Positions 1-13,800 of a DNA stretch of 64,000 nucleotides are shown here, piece by piece. The stretch spans positions 224,001 to 288,000 of the forward strand of contig CAWGMQ010000004.1 of assembly GCA_963823665.1 (NCBI GenBank). Direction: 5' to 3'. Positions within the stretch are counted from its first letter, which is position 1; the number at the start of each line of letters is the position of its first letter. Both the position numbers and the translations under genes were made by a program. The DNA is from an uncultured Planctomycetota bacterium (GTDB lineage: Bacteria; Planctomycetota; Planctomycetia; Isosphaerales; Isosphaeraceae). The notes under the pieces are model-generated. The model saw nothing but the letters and a program-made list of their open reading frames with translations. It searched no databases and was not told where the DNA came from.

Positions 1-742
1 GCAGGCCGATCATCCACACGATCGAATCGATGAACCTCGAGCCGATGCCAGAGCGCGTCAAGGCTTCCCCCACGCTGATCGGAGAGCTCGCCAGGAACCA
101 CGCGTTGTATGAGCGGACCCAGTGCCACGAAAGCGGAGACACGCGGGGCAACAGATCCTGAAGAACGGCCGGCAAGATGAACCAGGCCATCGCCAGGCCG
201 ACGCTCAGGTTGAGGGCCCTCCCCGCACGCCGCTCGGATGTCGAAACCAGAATCGACAACCCCCCCACGAAGAAAGCAATCGCCGCCGTCCCCGCGTGAG
301 TGAGCAAGACCAATCGCGGGTCGATACCACCCAGCAGCGAGAGCAAGATCATGATCGGCAGTGTCGTGAGCAAACACGCCGCGTACTGCACCAGCCCGCC
401 GAAAAGCTTGTTCAGCACGATTTCAGCGCTCGAGAGCCGCGTGGCAAGCAGACTCTCGAGCGTGCGGCGCTCGCGCTCCTGTGCAATCGTCACAGCCACG
501 AGCGCCGGCACGAGCCCGATCGTCAGCACAACCTGGATCGTCGCGACGCCGGAGAAAACGTACTCCGCGAAAAGCGCCGTCTCCTGCACCGAGAGCGACC
601 CGCCCGTGGCCCGCTGCACAAAAAGCAAGGAGGTCCCGACCGCCAGCGAGAGAGCAATCGCCAGACTCGCACGCTGCCGATAACTCTTGGCGCGTTGCGC
701 AACCAACCGCAGCTCGCACCGGAGAATCGGCCCCAGCTCCAT
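1..742 (-). CDS. ABC transporter permease (ABC-2-like, planctomycete type), runs off the left window edge
   Basis: Not in the ORF track because there is no stop in the window. Manual translation from ATG at 742 gives MELGPILRCELRLVAQR...IAQERERRTLESLLATRLSSAEIVLNKL... with several hydrophobic segments. The ExExxTLExLLxT...EIVxxKL motif is typical of these permeases. Confidence 0.8.
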   Translation of the reverse strand, partial: MELGPILRCELRLVAQRAKSYRQRASLAIALSLAVGTSLLFVQRATGGSLSVQETALFAEYVFSGVATIQVVLTIGLVPALVAVTIAQERERRTLESLLATRLSSAEIVLNKLFGGLVQYAACLLTTLPIMILLSLLGGIDPRLVLLTHAGTAAIAFFVGGLSILVSTSERRAGRALNLSVGLAMAWFILPAVLQDLLPRVSPLSWHWVRSYNAWFLASSPISVGEALTRSGIGSRFIDSIVWMIGL

Positions 743-925
743 GATCGCGCCCAGCCCATTCCGCGCATCACCCCGCGGCGCTTCCCGTACCCGTGCCGGA
801 ACCGGTGCGATGCCTTCCGCTGAGCACCATTAGACAATTGTCATAGCCTGACGGCAAGGCCCCGTGCGCTTCCCTCTAGACTTGGCCGCGCAGTGCCGCC
901 GTGCAAACATCGCAGGCCCATGTGC

Positions 926-1651
926 TCAATTGCTTCCCGGAAGCATCGGCGACATCGGAACAAGCGAGCCGGGCAATGGGCTGGTAAAACTGCTGCGCGT
1001 GCCGTTGAACGGGCCCAGTCGGGGCGCACCGAGCTGCGGATTGGGGGCGACCGAGCCTCCATTGTTGTTCATGCCCGATCCGGCCCCCGATTGATTGATA
1101 ACGCCCATCGGCTGCTGTGGTTGCACCGGCGCCGTGTCGTGATACGACTGCCCCGCCGGAAGTACCGCTGAGCTCGAGCTCGAGCTTGATGACATACCGC
1201 CGATGATCGTGGATGTTGGCCGTTGCGTCGGGTCGGCAACCGTGTATAACCCCACGATGTTATTCGTGGCACCGCCATTCATTGGCCCTGGCCCGTCCGA
1301 TGTGTCGGCTCCCGAGCCAACCTGGATGCTGATGCCGCCGGCCGCTGCCCCCGTAGCCGCACCGGCCAGGCTGGGAAGGCCCGTGTAATTGCCGGGTTTC
1401 AGACTCGAGAACCCGCCTGTTCCCGTGATGTAAAAACTCGTCGGAATCGCCACCCCGCTTACCGACGCCGCGGTGCTGCTGCTGGGGCCGGTCGCTCCCG
1501 CTCCCGAAGCGTTGGCCCCAGGGAACGGGATGATGAGCGACAATCCACTCGTCGTCTGAATAATCAGGCCGAGATTCTGTATCGCCATGAGCGCGCGCTC
1601 TTCGAGAACGCAATTCCTAAGATCTGGCCGGAACATCAAGGGACTATTCAT
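926..1651 (-). CDS. Hypothetical Gly/Ser/Pro-rich protein with an N-terminal LEPR-xLL-like export motif
   Basis: N-terminus FRPDLRNCVLEERALMA resembles the planctomycete FRPxxExLExRxLL motif; the rest is low complexity. Confidence 0.6.
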   Translation of the reverse strand: MNSPLMFRPDLRNCVLEERALMAIQNLGLIIQTTSGLSLIIPFPGANASGAGATGPSSSTAASVSGVAIPTSFYITGTGGFSSLKPGNYTGLPSLAGAATGAAAGGISIQVGSGADTSDGPGPMNGGATNNIVGLYTVADPTQRPTSTIIGGMSSSSSSSSAVLPAGQSYHDTAPVQPQQPMGVINQSGAGSGMNNNGGSVAPNPQLGAPRLGPFNGTRSSFTSPLPGSLVPMSPMLPGSN

Positions 1652-1798
1652 GTTGGCTGTCCACGCGAGACAATACCGCCGGTGTCCCCCGGGCTTGCCT
1701 GTTCAACCTGACTGACCAGTCAGTCCGGTTCGTCCTTTCCAGGATCATACTGACATTCCGCCCATCGAGCAAGAGCAAGCCCGCTGATTTCGGGACAT

Positions 1799-2215
1799 TT
1801 ATGGCACCGCAGCGGCGATTGGCCGCTCGGACCTCGGTCGCAATCGGAAGCAAAGCGCCGCGCACACCCCCAGGAACAGTAGCGGAATCCAGAACGCCAC
1901 CTCGAGGGACCACACGATCAACCCGCTCGTATACTGCCGATGATGATATTCGATCCCGGGGAAAAGCCACGCCCGGTACCGGTGTGTCGCCATCCAGAAA
2001 CGCCGCCCCTTCTCGTGGGAGACAGGTTTCCAGTCGTCGCCCAGCTCGCTCAAGAGGCAAAAGCACCCGGGATCGGTCCGCATGTACACTCCCTCCCCGA
2101 TTGCCAGCGGCTCACGACCCCACCCCCAGACGAGCGAATCGGTCCAGGCGAGCACGAGCGAGATCGAGAAGACAAGCGAGATCGCGATGCCCCACTCCGT
2201 GATCACGCGCCGCAT
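1799..2215 (-). CDS. Hypothetical membrane protein (2 predicted TM segments)
   Basis: Hydrophobic N-terminal (IAISLVFSISLVLAW) and C-terminal (VAFWIPLLFLGVCAALCF) segments. Confidence 0.5.
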   Translation of the reverse strand: MRRVITEWGIAISLVFSISLVLAWTDSLVWGWGREPLAIGEGVYMRTDPGCFCLLSELGDDWKPVSHEKGRRFWMATHRYRAWLFPGIEYHHRQYTSGLIVWSLEVAFWIPLLFLGVCAALCFRLRPRSERPIAAAVP

Positions 2216-2558
2216 TTTCGACCTCGCCAGGGCGCACGAGCGGCGGGATTCTGATCGCTAGGAAATCCACACATCTCCAAGTACCATGAAGCCTCCTGAA
2301 CCGCGCTGGGCTCCTCCAGCGACTCGAATCAGAGCGGCTGACCCGCCGCAAAGCATCTCACACGGTTTCCTTCTTGACAACGTCGTACCCTCTTTTAAAC
2401 CGCCTCTTTGTGTGTCACAATTCCCCGCGACCAACTCCAGTCTGAGGTGATTCCCGCAAAAACATCTCGACCGTTCCATTTTCTTGCGATGTCAATTTGC
2501 GCGAGTTGGCCGTTCGGCGCTTTTGGCAGCGCAGATTTCGTTTCTAAAACAATGGTAG

Positions 2559-3746
<1,188 letters not shown>

Positions 3747-3812
3747 CCAAGCGGCAGCGGCCAGGTGATGACGGCGATCGTTCGCTTCGAGTGTTCCCGT
3801 CGCCGCAGACCC

Positions 3813-3899
3813 GGAGGGGTGCCTGAGTGGTTGAAAGGGCCGGTCTCGAAAACCGGTGTAGGTGCAAGCCTACCGTGGGTTCGAATCCCACCTCCTCCG
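3813..3899 (+). tRNA. tRNA-Ser(CGA)
   Basis: Acceptor stem GGAGGGG/CTCCTCC plus discriminator G, anticodon arm CCGGT-CTCGAAA-ACCGG, long variable arm GTAGG-TGCAAG-CCTAC, T arm GTGGG-TTCGAAT-CCCAC. CCA is not encoded. Confidence 0.97.
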
Positions 3900-4297
3900 C
3901 TTTCCCATGGATATGGATCACGCCGCGGTCGTTTCGCGTTCGAACAACCGTTTGCGGACCGGACTTGCGGCAAGCATGGGGCTCCCCTAAGATAGGCTAA
4001 CTTCGTGAGAATGTTGAGGCGCTGGGAAAGTGGTTGAACATCGAAAGGCTCTTGCCGCCCGGCGCCACTCGGATCCTTCGGATCAATCCGGAAAGCGGGG
4101 ACGGCGCGGTTGGTCGGCGCGCGACCTCGCTTTCTCCACTCGACAGTGTTTTCCGTTCGGCCCTTCATGAGCTATGATAGTGGCTGTGTCTGCGTGCTAT
4201 GGCTCGTGGCAGCCAGCCGAATCGTGCCAGCTTGATGTCAGTCCCCGCCCGGCGCCGCGCCGCGCAAGAATCCCTGATCGAGACGAAAGGATCACGC

Positions 4298-5677
<1,380 letters not shown>

Positions 5678-5692
5678 TCGAGGCTGCCCGTC

Positions 5693-5701
5693 TGCTAGAA
5701 T
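5693..5701 (+). promoter_or_regulatory. Candidate extended -10 promoter (TGnTAGAAT) for the Uma2 pair
   Basis: TGCTAGAAT about 50 nt upstream of ATG 5750. Confidence 0.35.
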
Positions 5702-5749
5702 GGATTCAGCTAACCGCAATCCGCGATGCGCATCAGGTAGACCAACGCC

Positions 5750-6456
5750 ATGAGCACTGTCGAACGTGCGAAGTGCACGCTCCCGCCGCTCGAAGCAGGC
5801 CAGCGGCTCGACCAGCCCACGTTTCACGAGCGCTACCAGGCGATGCCGCCGAATACCAGGGCCGAGCTGGTCGGAGGAGTCGTTTATACATGCCGTCTCC
5901 GTTGAGCGACGACCACGGCGAGCAGAATAACGACGTCAGCGGCTGGTTGTTCCTCTACAAGCGATTCACACCGGGGGTGCGCAGCCCCAATGATGCCACC
6001 GTCATGCTGGATGAGCTTGGAGAACCTCAACCGGACTGTCAGCTCCGAATTCCGGCAGAGCTAGGTGGGCAGACACACGTTGATGAAATTGGCTATATCA
6101 CCGGCGCACCCGAGCTGATCGTTGAAATCGCCCGCTCGAGTCGCTCTTACGAATTGAATCAGAAGAAAGCCGACTACGAACGAGCTGGGGTCGTGGAGTA
6201 CGTGGTCGTCGAGCTCGACCCCCATCGGATTCACTGGTTTATCCGTCGCGGCACACGCTTCGTCCAAAGGCGGCCTGGACCGGATGGAATCTACCGCTCC
6301 ACCGTCTTTCCAGGCTTGTGGCTCGATCCCGACGCACTCTACTCGCAAGACCTGGACCGACTGATTCACGTATTGGAACAAGGCCTGGCTACACCGGAGC
6401 ACGCCGCGTTCGTGGCCAAGTTGGCCGCGGCCGGTGCGGGGAGGAAGCCACGATGA
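5750..6456 (+). CDS. Uma2 family (DUF820) endonuclease-like protein, copy 1, 2-nt frameshift at ~5888
   Basis: MSTVERAKCTLPPLEAGQRLDQPTFHERY...RAELVGGVVY | MPSP...EPQPD...PELIVEIARSS...KKADYERAGVVEY...FPGLWLD. Reads GTTTATACATG where copy 2 has GTTTACATG. Confidence 0.85.
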
Positions 6457-7166
6457 GCACGCTCGAGCACGCAAAGGTTAGGACGAGTCTTCCTCCGCTG
6501 ATCGACGGCGAGCACCTTGACCAGCCTACCTTTCACAATCGCTACGAGGCGATGCCGCCAAGCACGAGGGCCGAGCTTGTCGGAGGAGTCGTTTACATGC
6601 CGTCGCCGATGTCTTCGGATCATGGCGATGAAAGTCGAAACGTGGCAGGCTGGCTCTTCCACTATCAGCGGAAGACAACCAGGGTCAAGGGTGGCGACGG
6701 CACAACAGCCAAGCTCTTCAAGCAGAGCGAGCCACAGCCCGATCACCACTTGCGAATCCCGGCGGTACTTGGAGGCCACACCCATGTCGATGCAGGCGGC
6801 TATCTAGTCGGCCCCCCCGAGCTGATCGTCGAAGTCTCGCGCTCTAGCCGTTCGTTTGACTTGAAACAGAAGAAAGCAGACTACGAACGAGCCGGGGTTT
6901 TGGAATACGTCGTAGTCGAGATCGACCCCAATCGCATCCACTGGTTCCTGCGCAGCGGCGCCCGCTTCAAGAAGCACGCGCCCGGCGCCGATGGGATCTA
7001 CCGCTCCAAGACCTTTCCGGGTTTGTGGCTCGATTCCGAGGCGCTCTATGCAGAAGACCTGGATCGCTTGATCGAAGTTCTCGAACAAGGCCTCGCCACA
7101 CCCGAGCACGCCGCCTTCGTGGCGAAGCTGGCAAAAGCTCGCCGCACCGGCGGCGACGCGCATTGA
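6453..7166 (+). CDS. Uma2 family (DUF820) endonuclease-like protein, copy 2
   Basis: AELVGGVVYMPSP, EPQPD, PELIVEVS, KKADYERAGVLEY, FPGLWLD. Start overlaps the copy 1 stop (ATGA). Confidence 0.92.
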   Translation: MSTLEHAKVRTSLPPLIDGEHLDQPTFHNRYEAMPPSTRAELVGGVVYMPSPMSSDHGDESRNVAGWLFHYQRKTTRVKGGDGTTAKLFKQSEPQPDHHLRIPAVLGGHTHVDAGGYLVGPPELIVEVSRSSRSFDLKQKKADYERAGVLEYVVVEIDPNRIHWFLRSGARFKKHAPGADGIYRSKTFPGLWLDSEALYAEDLDRLIEVLEQGLATPEHAAFVAKLAKARRTGGDAH

Positions 7167-7187
7167 CGGCCAATGCCTTCGTCGCCC

Positions 7188-7804
7188 TCAAGCTTCGCCT
7201 CCGGACTTCAGGTTTTTCTTCAAGCTCCGAGCTTCCTCCTGCAGCATCTTCTGCACCCGGTTCTTGGCCACGAACACGTGCGCGACCGGCACCTGGAGCC
7301 GTGCCGCCGCCGCCGCGCCCGAAAGACCCTCAACCGCCGTCATCTGAAACGCGTCCCAGGTTACCGGCTTCACCCGCTTCTTCACGCGGTGCATGGCCAG
7401 CTCGAGCACTTCCGCGTCAAATGCGTCCTCGAGTCGCTGCTCGAGATCCGTCTTGGCCTCGGCCGATTCCGCGATCGCTTCGATCGGGGCCGCCGCCATG
7501 TTCGGGTCCTTGCGCCGTGAATTGATGAAATCACTCAAAGCATGCTGGGTAACGGTCTTGAGCCATGCGCGAAAGCTCGCGCAGGATCGTACTGAAACTT
7601 GCGGATCGCCGCCACAAGCTTGATCAGCACGTCCTGAACCACGTCGTCGGCGTCTGAATCCTGGAGCTGCCACTTCAGACACCAAGCGCGGATCATCGGC
7701 CGGTAGCGCTCGATAAACTTGTCCCACGCCTCCGGGTCGGCGGGAAACTTCTGCAAGCGCATCATCAGCGTGACCGACGTATCGTCGACGGGATGGCCCG
7801 GCAT
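7188..7804 (-). CDS. ECF RNA polymerase sigma factor (planctomycete kinase-associated type), 1-nt frameshift at ~7580
   Basis: Joined frames: TSVTLMMRL...DPEAWDKFIERYRPMIRAW...DADDVVQDV...FQYDPAR|SFRAWLKTVTQH (sigma2) and TWDAFQMTAVEGLSGAAAAARLQVPVAHVFVAKNRVQKML (sigma4 HTH). Confidence 0.9.
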
Positions 7805-7892
7805 GCAAACCCTTTTCACAGGGACGTCGCGCATGCGGAGCGTGGAATTCGGCCTCACACTCGGACCATATCCACGTTCTGCCGGCGCGGCT

Positions 7893-10800
7893 CTACCGTG
7901 CCAATCTATCACGGCGCGGCAATCGCGAAAAGCTTCTGGTGAAACTCGATCGCGTCAGCCTCGGCCGGGCGACTGCGGTCCAGCCCGTCAGCATTGTGGC
8001 CGCAAGAAGGGGTAGCGAAGCGTCGACTGGCTCGTCCCGCGCGTGGTTCACGAAAGGATGGAATGTCCGGCGAAGCCGCGGCCCGAGCGCGGCGTGGCGC
8101 GATGAAACACCATCGATTTGCGCGCACCGGTCAAAAGCCACAACGACACGGATCGGCCCTCCGCTCGAGAATCGCACGGGCGCGACGAACAGTACACCCT
8201 CACCCCACATCGAATCGATGCTCGCGTCAACGGCGTCGCCCGGCCCGACCGGCTCCGCGCTCTCGATCTGGGCATCCCTCGAGCCATTCAAAGGTGCGCC
8301 GCCATTCGGTAGTACGCCCGACGGAGCGCTCGGAGCCGACGAATCGGCCGACGGCTTCGGCTTCGACGGATCGCGACCGGCGTCCGGACTTTGCGGCCCC
8401 AGGATCCGGCTCTGGAACTCGCGGCGGAATTGCTCAAGCGCCTGATCGAGCCCGAGCATGAACCGCTCCCACGGTGTTGCGCTTGATAGGCCTGGACCGG
8501 CGCCCTCCAGCGATTCGCCGGCTCTCTCGGCTTCGTCGACTCCGGCGAGCACACCGCCCGATCGACGAGACATGCTCTGGCCCAATGAGCCAGTCGCGCC
8601 GACCGGCGCGGCGATCGACGCGATCGCCTCGCTCTGGGCCGACTCCACGTTGAGCTCCCCCTCCGACGTCGAGATCGTCAGCGTGAGCAGCGACGCCACC
8701 AGAGCCACCGATGATTCATTGAGCGGCACCAGTTGCGCGACGCTGTTCACACTTCCCGCAGACGTCTCCGATTGGGTCTGGGCCTGCGCCAGAGTTTCGC
8801 CTTCCAGGCTGATCCCCACCAGCGTGGCCGCTTCGTGCCCGGCCGTGGCGGCGTAGAACTGGACCTGGCCGCCCGAAAGCGACGCAAACGCCAGGTCGGT
8901 CGGGCTGGGAAGATTCGGTTGCATCGCGGTCGACACCATTTCCAAGCCTTGCTCGCTCCCTTCGAAGAGCGCCATCACCCCGTCGCCGGTGTTGCCCACC
9001 ACCATGTCCTCAAAGTCGCTGTCGGAACTGAACGCGAAGGCCGTGTCTGGGTCGTCGCCACCCGAGGAGATCGTACTCGCCACCGAATTCTGGCCGCTCC
9101 AGTCGGTGTAGAGCGTCACGCTGTTCGAGCCCGCGTCCACGGTCACCAGGTCGCTCACACCGTTGAAGTCGCCCACAAAGCTGGTCACCGGATCCTCACC
9201 CACCTTGTAGACCCGCGGGTTCTGGTCGTCGAAAAACCCCTGGCCTACGCCCGGCAAGAGCGTGACGTCATTCGAGCCGCTGTTGGTGACCAGGATGTCA
9301 GGGAAAGAGCTGCCCGTGAAGTCGCCGACGATGGTCGAGACCGGCCCGATCCCGCCCGACGAGAGCCGCGGCCCCTGCGTGAAGTTGAAATTCCCCTGGT
9401 TCAGCAGAATCGAGACTTCGTTCGAGCCTTCGTCGGCCACCACGAGGTCCGGGAGGCCGTTGCCGGTGAGATCGGCGACAGTGATGCCAACTGGGTTCGT
9501 TCCCGTGAAAATGCCCCGTCCGTCATCGATGGCCGGCCCGAACTGGCCGTTGCCCAGACCGGGATAGATCAGTACGTTATTGCTCCCGCTGTTGGCGACG
9601 ATCAGGTCGGGATTGCCGTCGCCGTTCAAGTCCGCCAGCTTCACCGCGCCGGGGTCCAGTAGCCCCGTGGCTTGATTGGCCAGGACCGTCGGGCTCGCCT
9701 CGCCACGATCGACAACCACCCGGTCTAGGCCCTGGTCCGCGTAGATCACATCCTTCGAGCCATTTCCTGATAGATCGGCCACGGCCAGCGTGATGGTCTG
9801 ATCGGTCGCGCGGTAAGGCGCGAACGTTCCGTTCCCCTGGCCCAGAAGCACCAGGGCATCACCAAACGAGTCGCCGACAATAAGGTCGAGTGTCCCTCCA
9901 TTATTGACATCGGCGACAGACAGCCCCGTGGGATCCAAGCCGGCATCATACGTCACCGGATTCGAGAAACCCCCCTTGCCGTTGCCCAGATAGATGCTCA
10001 CACCATTCGACGTGAGTACGGCCAGGTCCGAGATTCCATCGTCGTTGAAGTCGGCCACGCGCACCGCCAGGGCAGGGCCGTCGGTCTCCAGCGTGACCGG
10101 ATTCGCAAACCGCTGACCTCCCAGACCGGCGATCACCGAGAGCGTGTCCGAGCCGGGGTTGATCGTCACGAGATCAGGCAACCCGCCGCCTGTAAATGTT
10201 CCCACCGCAACACCCGACGTCGCATCAACGCTGGTCGACCCTTCGAGGAAGGTAGCGTTGCTGCTAACCGACCAGAAACCAGTGCCGCCGCGATAAACCG
10301 CGGGTGGACTGAATGTCCCGTTGCCCTGGTTGAACAGCACAGTTACCTGACTCGTGACTCGGTTGGTGACCACGAGATCGAGCCGGCCGTTTCGGGTCGT
10401 GTCGAGCGCCTGAACGTCTGAAACCCCCAGGCCCACGTTCAGGATCAGGGGCGCCAAAAAGCTCACGCCATCGGCCGCGGGGTTGAAAGGTCCCACGGTT
10501 TTGGCAGCCAGGAATACCGACAAAGTGCCGGCGCCGGCATTCTGGACAACCAGGTCGTCCAGGCCGTCGCCCGTCAAGTCGGCCGAGATGATCTGCGCTG
10601 GCAGCACCCCCGTCGGCAGCGACCCGATCCGGATGAAGCCGCCCGCGCGCCACATGTACAACGTGACGGCTTGATCGAGGGCATCGACGCTGGCTAGGAC
10701 CGCTCCATCGCTCGTGTCGAAAGTCGCGATATCGCGCGACGGGTTGCCGGGATTGACCGTGACGGGCGGCAAAAACGAACCCGGATTGCCGCTGATCCCT

Positions 10801-13800
10801 TGCCGGTACAAAATATCGCCCGCCCCATTGATGACCAGCACATCGGGAATACCATCACCCGTCATGTCAGCCACCACGGGCGTCGCATGAGCGATCTCGT
10901 CGAGCTGGCTCGCGTTAGAAAACGTTCCATCCCCATTACCCAAGAAAATCACGGCATTGTCGTTCAGCTCGTCGTCGGCAGCCAGGTCATCCTTCCCGTC
11001 GCCGTTGAAATTCGCGACCGCCAGAGCTCCGAAATCAGCATTTGCATATTGATCCGTTGAATCTGCCAGTGGACCATACTCAGAAGTCGCATCCCCGAAG
11101 CTGCCGTCGGGATTGCTCAGGAAGATTCCGAGCCCGCTGTAATTAATCGATTGTCCGTCCGACTGTTCAATCCCGTCCACGACGGAAATGGCCAGATCGT
11201 CACGGCCATTCCCCGTGAAATCGCCGGCTACCATGGACAGCGGTTGCAAGATCGATTCAGAGTCGCCTATCTTAAACGTACTGTTGCCGCCGCCCAGCAA
11301 GATCGTGAGCCTCCCGGTCGAGGAACCCGGCGCGGCAACCGCGGCAACGGCGAGGTCAAGCTTCTTGTCACCATTAAAATCACCGGTCGCCATGAACTGA
11401 GGTATCCCGCCGACCGGGTAGTCTCCGTTGGGAATGAGATTACCGTCGCTGTTGCCCAGAAGGATCGAAACGTCGCCGGTTACGGAACTGACGAACGCCA
11501 CGTCTTCCGCGCCGTCGCCGCTGAAATCCGCCGCCGCGAGCGGCCCGCGGCCCGCGTACTCCACCGCCGGCTGGAACTTGCCGTCGCCATTGCCCATCAA
11601 GATCGAGATCTCCGCCGGCCCCGGGCCGGCTTCGTTGACCGCGGCGGCCAGGTCGAGCTTCCCGTTATCGGTGAAGTCTCCTTCGACCAGATCATACGCC
11701 GCGCCGCCGGCTGCGTAATTCACGGCAGGCTGGAACGTACCGTCGCCATTGCCCAGCAGCACCGACACGCCGGCGGCATCGGCCACCGCCAGGTCGAGCC
11801 GTCCGTCGCCGTTGAAATCACCCGCCACGATGGCTGAAGGATCAGCACCGACCGCGTAATTCCCAGCGAGCTGGAAATTACCCAGCCCATTGCCCAGCAA
11901 GATGGCAACCTCCGAGCCAGAGGTCGCGACGGCCCCGTCGCCCGTCCCGTCGCCGGTGAAATCACCGGCGGCGACGGCCCGCGGTGTCCCACCCACCACA
12001 TTTGTCGTGAGCGTCGCTGGCGGACCCGCCAAGGTCAGTGTGGTCGTCAGAGTGTACGTCCCCTTGCCGCTTTCACGCTCGACATCCAGGACATAAGAAC
12101 CCGCTACCAGGTAGCCGCTCAGGAGGTCATCACCGTCCGCGAACGACTCGCCATCACTGTCCATCAGCACGGTGCCATTGGTGTACTCGAGCACGAGCCG
12201 CGTGGTAACACCAACGTCGTGGACCAGCGCCGTGAAATTCCCGCTCGCGTTGGCGTTGATCGAATACGACACGATCGAGGGCGCACTGCCACCCGATATC
12301 GCCTGGATCGGAGCGGTGATCGCGAGCTCGTCGACAGGGATATTGTTGGGGAAGCCAAAGGAATCGAGCATCGCCACATCGCGAATTGTAAGATCACCTG
12401 AAATGTAGAGCAAATTCATTAGCTGTATATCAATGAGCGTAGATCCTTGAAAGCCGGGTTGAGACGAGCCGTCGATCAAGGTTGGTGTGGTGATATTGGG
12501 CCGCTCGGAGAGTGGCCCGATCGTTTGCACACCCTGGCCAGGTAGGTCGAAATCGATCGTGTTCGTGCCTGTCGTTGTCGCGGCGCCGTCATCGGCCAAC
12601 GCCTGCTCGAACGAGCCAAAACCGCTGGCCGCCGTCGTGGCCACCATGAAGACGCCAGTCGTGTCCGTGATGATGAGCAGCGAGCTCACGGGCGCCGCAC
12701 CCTGTGACGATCCGCTCAGCCGAAGCACGGCGTCGCCGTCGAACCCTGCCGGCGGATTAAACGTCATACCCTGGAGCGCGTCTTCGAGTGCACTGAGCAC
12801 TCCGCTGTACTCCAGGCTCGCCGTCCCGTCTCCTGTCCCGGTCAATCCCGCCATGCTCGAAAGCGCGAGCGTACCCGTCGAAACCGTCACACTCAGGTTC
12901 CAGGTCAAGTCATACGGGCCGGAATCTGGATCTTGCAGGGAAAGGGCGTTGCCCCATGCGGCAGAGAAAATCAGCGGCTGCCCCTTGATCTCGCTGTCAT
13001 ATTGCAACGACCCCGGGAACGTCGCCGCACGCAGCGGCGTGACCTCAGACGTATCCCCTGATGGGTCAGTGGCCGTCGCCGTGACGACCGAGAGTCCAGC
13101 GGGCAGTGTGAACGACGGCACGGCGAAATCAGCTTCTCCCTCGCCGTTGGTCGTCACGTTGAGCGATCCCAGGTAATCTTCCGCCTCTCCAGCGCCACCG
13201 GGCCCGTAGCCTGCACTTGCAAAGAAATCGATGCGAAACGTCGCCGCCGGAGCGCTGCCGTTCAGCCATCCCTCGAGCTCGCCATCCGGAAGGGTGACGA
13301 TCCAGGGATAGTTCTGCAAATTGTTCGGGCCCTGCCGAGCCGTCGAGCCGTTCAAAGTCACTCCGTCATTGCCCAGGTCGATGGCCTGTCCCGTATTGCC
13401 GAAGATACGATTGGCGGTGATCTGGTTGCCGACCGAGTCGATGAAATCGAACTCGCCGCCGCCCGGGCCGACCGCGACGCCGGCACCGTCGTTCGCGGTG
13501 ATCAGGTTTCCGGCAACAGCCGTCGATCCGCCGATCGTGTTGCCGAACGAACCCTCCTCGATCAGGATTCCGGGACCCTGATTGGGGAGAGAAATCGTGC
13601 CGGCAGCGTTCGTGCCGATCTCGTTGCCCGCGACCGCATTGTCATAGCTCATCACCGCGATCTCGACGCCGGCGCTTTGAGCCCCTGCGATCACGTTGCC
13701 AAGGTCCGCGAGCACTGGCCCGCCGTTCGGGTTGAGCCCCACCCAGTTCCCCGATGAGTTCCAGAGACGGACATCCGCGAGCTGGCTCCCCAGGATTTTC

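Noticed and set aside
122..823. 233-aa plus-strand ORF
   Set aside because: Antisense shadow of the minus-strand ABC permease.
2374..2401. TTGACA promoter upstream of the aquaporin
   Set aside because: Perfect -35 but no convincing -10 at 16-18 nt spacing.
3813..4297. Integrative element at tRNA-Ser, or SRP RNA downstream
   Set aside because: No integrase, no duplicated tRNA 3' end seen, and no SRP domain IV motif.
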